Assembly: GCA_024277755.1 (NCBI GenBank)
Contig: JAJRUN010000005.1
Span: 2,298-66,297 of the forward strand
Direction of reading: 5' to 3'
DNA length: 64,000 bases
Source of the DNA: Gammaproteobacteria bacterium
Lineage (GTDB): Bacteria; Pseudomonadota; Gammaproteobacteria; Tenderiales; Tenderiaceae
Positions 20,084 through 30,709 of the stretch are shown one piece after another. Within the stretch, counting starts at the first letter, position 1. The number at the start of each line of letters is the position of its first letter. The translations under genes were made by a program, and so were the position numbers. Below the pieces are notes generated by a model. That model was not told where the DNA came from and searched no databases. It saw only the letters and a list, made by a program, of their open reading frames with translations.

Positions 20084-21301
20084 CTAGCGATACCCCAGGC
20101 CCATCGACTGACGAACCTCTTTCAAGGTCTTGCGCGCCACTTCACGGGCCTCTTCGGCCCCTTCATTGACGATACTGCGCACCAGGTTTGGGTTATTGGT
20201 ATATTCCTCGGCCCGCTCGCGCATCGGTGCCTGTTCCATCAGCACTTCATCAATAATCGGTTGCTTGCAATCAATGCAGCCAATGCCTGCAGTGCGACAA
20301 CCTTGTTGCGCCCAGGCTCTCACATCATCGCTTGAATAGATCTCGTGCAACTGCCAGACAGGGCATTTTTGTGGCTCACCCGGATCGGTCTTACGCACGC
20401 GGGCAGGATCAGTTGGCATAGTACGGAGTTTCTTTTCCACATCGGCGGGTGCTTCACGCAAACCGATAGTATTGCCATAGGATTTGGACATTTTCTGACC
20501 ATCCAGTCCAGGCATCTTCGAGGCCTTGGTCAGTAACGGTTGTGGCTCAGGCAGGATAATTTTGCCACCACCTTCGAGAAAACCGAACAGTCTTTCGCGG
20601 TCACTGAGAGTAATATTTTGTTGAGACTCCAGCAGGGCACGCGCCGTCTCTAGCGCCTCATCATCACCTTGTTCCTGATATTTCTTTCTCAACTGACTGT
20701 AAAGTTTGGCATTTTTCTTACCCATCTTTTTCACAGCCGCCTCAGCCTTAGCTTCAAAACCCGGCTCACGACCATAAAGATGGTTAAAACGCCGTGCCAC
20801 TTCACGGGTCAACTCGATGTGGGCCACCTGATCTTCACCCACCGGCACCAGGCCTGATTTATAAATCAGGATGTCAGCGCTTTGTAGCAGTGGATAACCG
20901 AGAAAACCGTAGGTTGCCAGATCCTTCTCTTTCAGCTTTTCCTGCTGATCTTTGTAGGTCGGCACACGCTCCAGCCATCCCAGCGGTGTCATCATGCTCA
21001 GCAACAAGTGCAATTCGGCATGTTCAGGCACTTGTGACTGAATAAAAATCTTGGCCGAACCAGGGTTAACACCCGCAGCCAGCCAGTCGACCACCATGTC
21101 CCAGACACTGTTGGCAATAATGCCAGTGTTGTCGTATTCGGTGGTCAGAGCATGCCAGTCGGCAACAAAGAAGAAACAGTCATATTCATGCTGTAACTGC
21201 ACCCAGTTCTTCAAAACGCCGTGATAATGACCCAGATGAAGTTTGCCGGTTGGACGCATCCCGGACAGGACGCGCTGATGTTGACTTGGAACGGTGTTCA
21301 A
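20084..21301 (-). CDS. trpS: Tryptophan--tRNA ligase (long form)
   Basis: 405 aa. It has the HIGH-type motif GKLHLGH and the KMSKS motif (QKMSKS). An internal insertion resembles the Pseudomonas-type long TrpRS. Confidence 0.92.
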   Translation of the reverse strand: MNTVPSQHQRVLSGMRPTGKLHLGHYHGVLKNWVQLQHEYDCFFFVADWHALTTEYDNTGIIANSVWDMVVDWLAAGVNPGSAKIFIQSQVPEHAELHLLLSMMTPLGWLERVPTYKDQQEKLKEKDLATYGFLGYPLLQSADILIYKSGLVPVGEDQVAHIELTREVARRFNHLYGREPGFEAKAEAAVKKMGKKNAKLYSQLRKKYQEQGDDEALETARALLESQQNITLSDRERLFGFLEGGGKIILPEPQPLLTKASKMPGLDGQKMSKSYGNTIGLREAPADVEKKLRTMPTDPARVRKTDPGEPQKCPVWQLHEIYSSDDVRAWAQQGCRTAGIGCIDCKQPIIDEVLMEQAPMRERAEEYTNNPNLVRSIVNEGAEEAREVARKTLKEVRQSMGLGYR

Positions 21302-21321
21302 TGAGTCTCTTCCTTCATTAC

Positions 21322-21975
21322 CTATAGGGACAGCACACTATACAGCAGGGACAGCACCCCCTGCACTACCGGACTAAGGATATCCCCTAAAATTCCAGTG
21401 GCAAGCAGGCCAAGCAAAATGAAAAAGCCATAAGGCTCAATCAGGGAAAACTTATAGGAAAGCGGACCAGGCAAAATTCCGGTCATGATCCGCCCACCAT
21501 CCAGCGGCGGTAAAGGCAATAAATTCAACACCATAAGAATGATATTTATTAAAATACCTGCACTGCCCATATAAATCATTGGTTGCCCGGCAAAGGGGAT
21601 ATCTGCGGCAATGAGAAAACCTATCTTGGCAACAATCGCCCAACCAATGGCCATTAACAGGTTAGCCACCGGCCCGGCCAGCGCAACCAGGGCCATATCC
21701 CGTTTTGGCTTGCGCAGATTCTGCCAGGTGACAGGCACCGGCTTAGCCCAGCCAAAGATAAAGCCGCCCAGCAGCACCAGCACCAGCGGCACAATCACCG
21801 TGCCAACGAGATCAATGTGTTTTAGCGGGTTCAGGGTCAGTCGCCCCATCATAAAAGCAGTGGGATCACCCAGACGGCGAGCAACCCAACCATGGGCAAC
21901 CTCGTGCACAGTGATGGCAAACAATACCGGCAACGACCACACGGCAATCTTTTGAATAAGGCTTAATTCCATCAT
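21322..21975 (-). CDS. Site-2 protease (M50) family membrane zinc metalloprotease
   Basis: 217 aa, polytopic. It has HEVAHG (HExxH) in the first TM region and a downstream PLPPLDGG motif. Confidence 0.8.
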   Translation of the reverse strand: MMELSLIQKIAVWSLPVLFAITVHEVAHGWVARRLGDPTAFMMGRLTLNPLKHIDLVGTVIVPLVLVLLGGFIFGWAKPVPVTWQNLRKPKRDMALVALAGPVANLLMAIGWAIVAKIGFLIAADIPFAGQPMIYMGSAGILINIILMVLNLLPLPPLDGGRIMTGILPGPLSYKFSLIEPYGFFILLGLLATGILGDILSPVVQGVLSLLYSVLSL

Positions 21976-22030
21976 GAGAGGATTATTTTTTCCGAGAGAT
22001 ATTAAAATAATTCACTGAGATAACATTTTG

Positions 22031-22199
22031 TTATGAGACCTTTGCACGATACAGGCGCGAAAGAAAAATGAGCTAATATTTTACTGATTGAGGCAGAAAA
22101 TGCAGTTAATAGCGAGCTATTGACAAGTTTTCTAACGAAAAGCAGGAGAATATTAGCCATTTTTACTCGTGATTGTGTCGTGCAAAGGTCTCGTTATAA
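22031..22199. repeat. Long imperfect single-axis palindrome (about 170 bp; ERIC/MITE-like or structured RNA)
   Basis: Three arm pairs share one axis near 22114. GAGACCTTTGCACGA (22035-22049) pairs with TCGTGCAAAGGTCTC (22178-22192). AAAAATGAGCTAATATT (22064-22080) pairs with AATATTAGCCATTTTT (22149-22164) with a 1-nt bulge. The apical pair is GTTAATAGC (22105-22113) with GCTATTGAC (22116-22124). Confidence 0.75.
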
Positions 22200-22223
22200 G
22201 TAAAAACTAACAAATGACACGAA

Positions 22224-22844
22224 CTATAAAACCAGCTCGTCAGCCCCTTTGCCCCGTCTAACCAACTCTGGCCCTTGTTCCAGAATTTCGATCACACTGG
22301 TGGGTTCCATACCACAGTAGCCACCATCAATAATCAGGTCTACTTGGGCACCAATGCTGCTCTTCATATCGTAAGGGTCAATCATCGGATACTCCTCACC
22401 TGGCAACAACAAGGTTGAACTGAGGATCGGTTCACCCAACTCTTCCAGCAAGGCCAACGTAATCTTGTTATCCGGCACACGCACACCAATGGTTTTACGC
22501 TTAGGGTGCAGCAAACGCTTGGGCACGCTCTTCATGGCTGGCAGGATAAACGTGTATGGTCCCGGGGTGATGCTCTTGATAAAGCGATAGGCAATATTGT
22601 CGATCATGCCGTAATCAGACATCTCGCCCATATCACGACACATCAAGGTGAAATTGTGTTTGTCATCCAACTGTCGAATCTGGCGGAGACGATCAACTGC
22701 CTTTTTATCGCCAATCTGACAACCCAATGCATAACAAGAATCAGTGGGATAAATCACTACCCCACCCTGTCTGATAATTTCCACCGCACCACGAATCAGG
22801 CGTAGCTGAGGGTCCTCTGGATGGATCTGAAAAAACTGGCTCAT
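22224..22844 (-). CDS. yciO: L-threonylcarbamoyladenylate synthase family protein (YciO type)
   Basis: 206 aa with a YrdC/Sua5 fold (VIYPTDSCYALGC..., FTLMC, RVPD). It lies next to a trpH/yciV homologue, as in E. coli. Confidence 0.85.
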   Translation of the reverse strand: MSQFFQIHPEDPQLRLIRGAVEIIRQGGVVIYPTDSCYALGCQIGDKKAVDRLRQIRQLDDKHNFTLMCRDMGEMSDYGMIDNIAYRFIKSITPGPYTFILPAMKSVPKRLLHPKRKTIGVRVPDNKITLALLEELGEPILSSTLLLPGEEYPMIDPYDMKSSIGAQVDLIIDGGYCGMEPTSVIEILEQGPELVRRGKGADELVL

Positions 22845-22869
22845 GAATCGTCCTTGTCAATCATCTATT

Positions 22870-23748
22870 TTAACCTTGCCATAATTCCCAAATGGGCTCG
22901 CAAGCCTCAGGCAACGGCGGCATCTTCCCCATGTTGCTCCAAGCCTGACTAGGGCCGTGATAATCAGAACCTATCGACGCCCGTAGCTCATACTTTTTAG
23001 CATAGTCAGCCATGTTTTTGGTTACGTTTATATCCTGACGACCGGAGATCACCTCCAAGCCGGCACCACCCAACTGCTTAAACTCATCAAACAACCATCG
23101 CAATTTGGTTGCCGACAGCCTATAGCGGGCAGGATGAGCGATCACTGCATGACCGCCGGCCGAATGTATCCACTCAACCGCCTGGGCCAGAGGGATCCAT
23201 TCACTGGCAACATAAGCCTTTTTACCATCACCCAAATAACGATCAAAGGCAGCCTGCATGGTTTTGACATGACCATTATCAAGTAAAAAACGAGCAAAGT
23301 GGGTACGACTCAGAATCTGACCATTAACATAAGCCTGCGCCCCTACCAGGGCTCCATCAATACCCAGCTTGGCCAGACGACTCGCCATCTCTTTAGCCCG
23401 ACCTGTTCTTTGGTGACGCAAACCAGACAAACCAGCCTGCAAGGCTGCATTTTCAACATCAAAATTAAGACCGACAATATGCAGCAACTGCTTACCCCAG
23501 CTAACAGAAATTTCAACCCCGGAAACAAACTCCAAGCCCAGCCTGTTCGCCTCGTCAGCAGCTTCTGCATAACCCGCCGTGACATCATGGTCTGTCAATG
23601 CCAACACCTCTACACCGCAGCCATGGGCATAACGAACCAACTCAGCAGGGGTCAACTCACCATCAGAGGCGATCGAATGACAGTGCAGATCATATTTTTT
23701 ATATCGGTTGAATTCCATCACTAACGCTGGAGTCTCGGGAAGGTACAA
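22870..23748 (-). CDS. PHP domain protein (TrpH/YciV, RNase AM-like)
   Basis: 292 aa. PHP motifs DLHCHSIASDG, LTDHD and GSDYHG. The start could instead be the internal MEFNRYK (23718). Confidence 0.82.
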   Translation of the reverse strand: MYLPETPALVMEFNRYKKYDLHCHSIASDGELTPAELVRYAHGCGVEVLALTDHDVTAGYAEAADEANRLGLEFVSGVEISVSWGKQLLHIVGLNFDVENAALQAGLSGLRHQRTGRAKEMASRLAKLGIDGALVGAQAYVNGQILSRTHFARFLLDNGHVKTMQAAFDRYLGDGKKAYVASEWIPLAQAVEWIHSAGGHAVIAHPARYRLSATKLRWLFDEFKQLGGAGLEVISGRQDINVTKNMADYAKKYELRASIGSDYHGPSQAWSNMGKMPPLPEACEPIWELWQG

Positions 23749-23836
23749 GCATAAAGACGGCTATGATAGAATCTTTGGCCACATTTAGCGAGCCTGAAGC
23801 GGTTCGACTATGAGACATTGCCGTTCCGAGGATGAC

Positions 23837-24415
23837 ATGAAATTCCTGTTTGATTTTTTTCCGATACTTTTATTCTTTATTGCCTATAAGGCCTACGACA
23901 TTTATGTCGCCACTGCGGTCGCCATCATGGCCGCATTTATTCAGGTGGGATGGTTCTGGTTACAACATCGCCGTTTCGAAAAAATGCATGTTATCACCCT
24001 GCTTCTGATTACCGTTCTGGGGGGAGCCACCCTGATTCTTCAAGACCCGGACTTCATCAAATGGAAACCCACCATCGTCAACTGGCTGTTCGGTATTACC
24101 TTTATTGGCAGCCAGTTCATCGGCAAAAAACCCATTGTTCAACGGATGATGGAAGCCAGCGTGGAATTGCCCGCAGCTATATGGATCAAGCTTAACCTTG
24201 CCTGGGCAGCATTCTTCATCTTCCTTGGATTTCTCAATCTATACGTCGCCTTTTCCGGCCACTACGATATGGATGCCTGGGTCAATTTCAAAATGTTCGG
24301 CATGATTGGCCTGACCTTTGTCTTTATCATCGGCCAAGCCTTTTTTATCGGTCGCTACATAAAAGAGCCTAAAGATGATGAAAATACGTCTGCAGACTCC
24401 AAGGAGAAATCATAA
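23837..24415 (+). CDS. yciB: Septation protein A (intracellular septation protein IspZ/YciB)
   Basis: ATG 23837 is preceded by [33 protein letters not shown] is the typical YciB N-terminus, followed by five TM segments. Confidence 0.88.
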   Translation: MKFLFDFFPILLFFIAYKAYDIYVATAVAIMAAFIQVGWFWLQHRRFEKMHVITLLLITVLGGATLILQDPDFIKWKPTIVNWLFGITFIGSQFIGKKPIVQRMMEASVELPAAIWIKLNLAWAAFFIFLGFLNLYVAFSGHYDMDAWVNFKMFGMIGLTFVFIIGQAFFIGRYIKEPKDDENTSADSKEKS

Positions 24416-24714
24416 TGCTTTACGCAATCATCAGCCAGGATGTGGAAAACAGTCTGGATAAACGCCTGACAGCGCGCCCCGCCCACCTTGAACGTCTGGA
24501 ACAACTCAAAGCTGAAGGTCGCTTGCAACTGGCGGGGCCCTTCCCCTCTATTGACAATATCGACCCCGGCCCTGCCGGTTTCAGTGGCAGTCTGATTGTC
24601 GCCGAATTCGACTCACTCGAGGCTGCGCAAGCCTGGGCTGATCAAGACCCCTATGTTGAAGCGGGTGTGTATCAGTATGTTGCAGTGCAACCATTCAAAA
24701 GGGTATTGCCCTGA
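24415..24714 (+). CDS. yciI: YciI family protein
   Basis: 99 aa. YCII-like (RPAHLERL...GPF..., DPYVEAGVY). The start overlaps the yciB stop (TAATG). Confidence 0.85.
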   Translation: MLYAIISQDVENSLDKRLTARPAHLERLEQLKAEGRLQLAGPFPSIDNIDPGPAGFSGSLIVAEFDSLEAAQAWADQDPYVEAGVYQYVAVQPFKRVLP

Positions 24715-24989
24715 TGGCCACAGAAAGAGAACGACTGATTAGACAACGTGTTGATGACTCACTCAAACCTGAGTCACTGGAATTGATCGATGACAGCCAC
24801 ATGCATGTTGGTCACGGCGCCAAAGGTGGGCACTACAGCATCAACGTTGTATCAAACGCATTCGAAGGCAAAAGCATGTTAAAACGCCATCGTCTGGTGT
24901 ATGACGCCGTGGGCGAACTGATGACAACAGAAATACACGCATTAAGCATTGACGCCAAAACCCCCGCGGAAAAACAAGCAGAAAATTAG
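24714..24989 (+). CDS. BolA family protein
   Basis: 91 aa. BolA pattern (DDSHMHVGH..., F.GKS.L.RHRLVY, IHALS). The start overlaps the yciI stop (TGATG). Confidence 0.85.
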   Translation: MATERERLIRQRVDDSLKPESLELIDDSHMHVGHGAKGGHYSINVVSNAFEGKSMLKRHRLVYDAVGELMTTEIHALSIDAKTPAEKQAEN

Positions 24990-25061
24990 CGCTCGAAACA
25001 GGCCTAGGCCTACGGTAGGATAACGGCAGCCATTTCATCAACGTGATATTAGGATTATCCA

Positions 25062-25586
25062 ATGACCACAATTAAAAGCTCCATTTCAGCCCTGATTTTC
25101 AGTGCGTTGATTCTTCCAAGCGCATTTGCAGACGAAGATAAAGCCGTCGCCATTATCAATGGTGACCCGGTGATGACCTCCGAACTACTGACCTACGCCA
25201 AGGTTAAAAATGCCAGAGCCGACCTCAGCAATGACAAAATTCGCAAACAGATGATTCAGGCCTATGTTGGCCGCGAACTGTTGTATCAGGACGCTATCGC
25301 ACAAAAGATGGATCAACTGCCCATCGTCAAACTGGCACTGGAAAACCAGCGCCACGAGGTTATTTCACAGGCATTGATCGCAAAGATTGTCCAGGAAAAC
25401 CCCCTCACAGAAGAGTCAGTCCGCGCAACCTATGATAAAAAAGTCGCAGAACTAAAAGCCGACAACAAAGAGATACCTTCATATGAGCAAGTAAAACCGC
25501 AGATCGCGGAGTTAATGATCAAGCAAACTGTCGCTGAATACATTCAAACACTGCAGAAAAAAGCTACCATCGAAAGACCAAAATAA
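25062..25586 (+). CDS. Secreted SurA N-terminal-domain-like chaperone protein (no PPIase domain)
   Basis: 174 aa. The signal peptide ends SAFA-DED. VAIINGDPVMTSELLTYAK...ELLYQDAIAQ resembles the SurA/PpiD N-terminal chaperone module. The assignment is tentative. Confidence 0.5.
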   Translation: MTTIKSSISALIFSALILPSAFADEDKAVAIINGDPVMTSELLTYAKVKNARADLSNDKIRKQMIQAYVGRELLYQDAIAQKMDQLPIVKLALENQRHEVISQALIAKIVQENPLTEESVRATYDKKVAELKADNKEIPSYEQVKPQIAELMIKQTVAEYIQTLQKKATIERPK

Positions 25587-25596
25587 ATACAGACAC

Positions 25597-25619
25597 CCCG
25601 GCGCTGCACCAGCGCCGGG
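25597..25619. terminator. Bidirectional GC-rich hairpin between convergent genes (SurA-N-like and ligA)
   Basis: CCCGGCGCT (25597-25605) pairs with AGCGCCGGG (25611-25619) across a 5-nt loop. It abuts the ligA stop. Confidence 0.65.
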
Positions 25620-27677
<2,058 letters not shown>

Positions 27678-27788
27678 TTATCACAACATTTATTGGCAGG
27701 AACAACACAATCAATAACAAAGCCTAAAGGTTTATGGCTAATATCCGAATATTAATGTGTTATTAAGGAACACTTTAGAGGTTAACCC

Positions 27789-28925
27789 ATGAAAGCCTAC
27801 CGGATCACCAAAAACGATGTAGCTGTCGGTGACCCCCTACCCTGGAACGTAATAGATAGAGAAGGAAAACTGCTTCTCAAGAAAGGCGCAATTATCACCT
27901 CCACCAGGGTACATGAACTGCTCTTAGAGCGCGGCCTGTACCAAAGAGAAACACAGGAACATGTACATGCAAAGGCTACAACATCTGAAGAACTCGCTCA
28001 ACAAGGCCCATTCAACCCATTTGAAGTGATTGAAAACTGCACCTTCAAACTGGGCAGAACCCTATATAACCTGACACAAAATAAAGACTGTAGCGACAAT
28101 CTCAAACTCATCACCAACAGTATCATAATGGCCTGCAACAAAGACCCCGACGCCGCACTTGGTGCCGTCCATTTGCTGCATGGCCACGCCTACACCACCA
28201 TTCACCCGATTCATGTAGCAGCACTGTGCCATGCCCTGTGCCGCGTCAGCAATCTTTCCGACGAAGAGACGCATAGAGTTATCAGTGCCTGCCTGGTCAG
28301 CAATATCGGCATGCTTGAATTACAAGAGGTTTTACACGACCAAACAGCACCATTAAGCCAGGAACAAAAAGACCAGATTGCCGCACACCCGGAAGAAGGC
28401 GTAAAAATTCTAAGAGAAACCGGCATCAAAGATGAAGCCATACTCGAAATCATATTGCAACATCATGAACGCGCCCACGGAGGCGGATACCCAAACAAGC
28501 TAAAGGCAGATAAAATCAAGCTTGGTGCAAAAATACTGGCACTGGCAGACTGCTACAGCGCCATGGTATCACCGCGCATCTACCGTGATACCGTTGATAC
28601 CTCAGCTGCACTAAAAACCCTTTTTCTGGAACGTGGCAAAGAATACGACGAACAGCTGGCCATACAGCTGATTAAATATATGGGCATCTTCCCACCGGGT
28701 ACTTACGTGAAACTGGCTAACGGAGAAACCGCCCTTGTCACAAGACGCACGGCAAACAATATGGCACCACAGGTCTCAAGTGTCATCAGCATCAAACAAC
28801 TACCATATTCCCGCCCAATTCAGCGTGATAATAAACGCAAAGAATTTGCCATTAAAGGGATAGTTGAAAACAAAAAGAAATTCAGTTTTAGCCTGGCAAC
28901 TATCTGGGGCTATGAAACCGCTTAA
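27789..28925 (+). CDS. HD-GYP domain-containing protein (putative c-di-GMP phosphodiesterase or receptor)
   Basis: 378 aa. HD region (AALCHAL...HPEEGVKIL) and the HHERAHGGGYP motif. The N-terminal domain of about 130 aa is unassigned. Confidence 0.85.
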   Translation: MKAYRITKNDVAVGDPLPWNVIDREGKLLLKKGAIITSTRVHELLLERGLYQRETQEHVHAKATTSEELAQQGPFNPFEVIENCTFKLGRTLYNLTQNKDCSDNLKLITNSIIMACNKDPDAALGAVHLLHGHAYTTIHPIHVAALCHALCRVSNLSDEETHRVISACLVSNIGMLELQEVLHDQTAPLSQEQKDQIAAHPEEGVKILRETGIKDEAILEIILQHHERAHGGGYPNKLKADKIKLGAKILALADCYSAMVSPRIYRDTVDTSAALKTLFLERGKEYDEQLAIQLIKYMGIFPPGTYVKLANGETALVTRRTANNMAPQVSSVISIKQLPYSRPIQRDNKRKEFAIKGIVENKKKFSFSLATIWGYETA

Positions 28926-29190
28926 TCAAACGCCCTAGACGCGCATACAGCGTTAACATTTGAGATCTGCTTTAACACGGTATCGTGCCGCCTGAGTAGA
29001 ATTTCAACGGCCTGCTAGAGGCCGCACTAAATGAATTGTAGAGAAAGCAGGACAAAAAAATACTACTTCTGAACTCACCTGACTGCAATATGCAATACCG
29101 CCAGGAAAGGCCTGCCCCCTACTCAAATGAACTAATCACTATTAAACTCAAACGCACCGATATCATAATCAGAACCATCGCCTGTATCCC

Positions 29191-29612
29191 CCGCACCCCA
29201 TTTCCATGAATATGAATGTTGTGAAGGGATTTAGATCGGCAGAGATTAGTCATTGAGCTAAGCAGCACCTGAGCCCAGGGGCACATGTGGTTTCTGATTG
29301 ATTAGCCTGTTTCGCCGCCGTTCAATCGGCGGGTGCCATCACTCCTCAATTGTGACCGGTGGCGGTCCTGAGTGCGTCACACGAACAGAATGTACGTGGA
29401 TTAATACAAGTATTGGACATATCAAAAAATCAATTAATGGCGCGTATCATGCGATAAACCCAAAACACTTGCCTCGATATCTTGGCGAATTTTGTTACCG
29501 GATTAACCGCCGCTTTAAACTAGAAAACATGTTACCCCGTTTCGTTTATGTGGCAACAAGAACGCCCCCTATGCCTATGAGGCTTCTTAGACTGGCTGAA
29601 GATTTTGGGTGA
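29191..29612 (+). mobile_element. Degenerate IS1595-family (ISXO2-like DDE) transposase C-terminal fragment (pseudogene)
   Basis: Own translation gives PHPISMNMNVVKGFRSAEISH*AKQHLSPGAHVVSD*LACFAAVQSAG, then a frameshift, then CHHSSIVTGGGPECV...WINTSIGHIKKSINGAYHAINPKHLPRYLGEFCYRINRRFKLENMLPRFVYVATRTPPMPMRLLRLAEDFG. This matches the conserved C-terminal third of IS1595-family transposases as I recall them. There are two in-frame TGA stops and one frameshift, and the N-terminal two-thirds are missing. Confidence 0.75.
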
Positions 29613-29839
29613 TCAAGTCAACTTATGCTGACTCACTGCCTTGAAAATCACTCGGCCATAAAATTCCCGAAGAGGTTTTTTATGCTGAAATGGCATTGGC
29701 AGTGTAAATAAGCGTAGCCCTTATGACTAAAATCCGCAAAAAAACAACGTGACATTTTCAATAATTCTTAACATGAGCTTGGCTCTGCCAATTTCTCATA
29801 ACAGCCTCCTGTGAGGCTGTAGGTTACGCCCGAAAGGAC

Positions 29840-30679
29840 TTAGGCGCCCTCTAACCATTTGCAATCATACTCGGCAATTTGCTGGCGGATCTGGTCAATC
29901 GCAGAACGGGTTAATACGCTGCGGGTTTCGTCTCTTAATTCACCACCGAGTTCTTGCGCCAGTTGCTGGGTGGTTGCAAGCATGGCGTCAAAATCAGATA
30001 AACCATCCGCATGAATATTCGGCATTTGCATAAAAAGACTAATGCCTGGGGTTGATATGGCTTCGATATTTTCAAGTTCAAAGATACCGGGCTGCATCAT
30101 GTTCACCAGACTGAAAGCCGGGCCAACATCGGTTTGATAGTGAAATATTTGCATTTCACCGTGTAGCATGCCGGTGCTCTGAATTGTATCTATCAGAATT
30201 TGACCAACAAAGTGCCTGCCCTGTTTCGCCATGACATTAAGCACGACCACCTTGTCTGGTGCACCCTTTTTATAATGTTTTTTACACGGCGCTGATGATA
30301 CTCCAGATCCCTCATTTGCCTTAGCTTCACCGCGTAACTTGCCAAAAATTGAACGAGCTCGCCCACTCACTGAATCAGAGGTGGCTTGCAGTTCATCACG
30401 CTCATCTTCGATTTGAATATCCAAAGGTGTTGCTACGGTGTCAATTTCCTGTCCAGCAACCAATCCGATAATTTTTTGTGGATCAGGTTTGGATTTATTT
30501 TCAGCACCTACAACAACGGCGCTGGAGACAACCATATCAACATCATGATCATCTTTGGAAAACAAAACACTGTGATCAATTTCATCCCAGCTATGACGAC
30601 GTTTACTGCGCATTCTGGCGATGCCTGCCAGAATCATTACAACACCAATAACAACAAGTACAATTAATAGAGAATCCAT
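29840..30679 (-). CDS. zipA: Cell division protein ZipA
   Basis: 279 aa. N-terminal TM anchor (LLIVLVVIGVVMILAGI), a charged linker, and a C-terminal FtsZ-binding domain (VVVLNVMAKQGRHFVG...MQIFHY...FSLVNMMQPG). It lies downstream of smc. Confidence 0.88.
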   Translation of the reverse strand: MDSLLIVLVVIGVVMILAGIARMRSKRRHSWDEIDHSVLFSKDDHDVDMVVSSAVVVGAENKSKPDPQKIIGLVAGQEIDTVATPLDIQIEDERDELQATSDSVSGRARSIFGKLRGEAKANEGSGVSSAPCKKHYKKGAPDKVVVLNVMAKQGRHFVGQILIDTIQSTGMLHGEMQIFHYQTDVGPAFSLVNMMQPGIFELENIEAISTPGISLFMQMPNIHADGLSDFDAMLATTQQLAQELGGELRDETRSVLTRSAIDQIRQQIAEYDCKWLEGA

Positions 30680-30709
30680 CTATACAATCCGTTCCGTAAA
30701 ATTCTTGAT

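Noticed and set aside
25000-25011. AGGCCTAGGCCT, a 12-bp palindrome (tandem StuI sites), just after bolA
   Set aside because: It is too short, has no T-tract and no second copy in the window. It is probably fortuitous.
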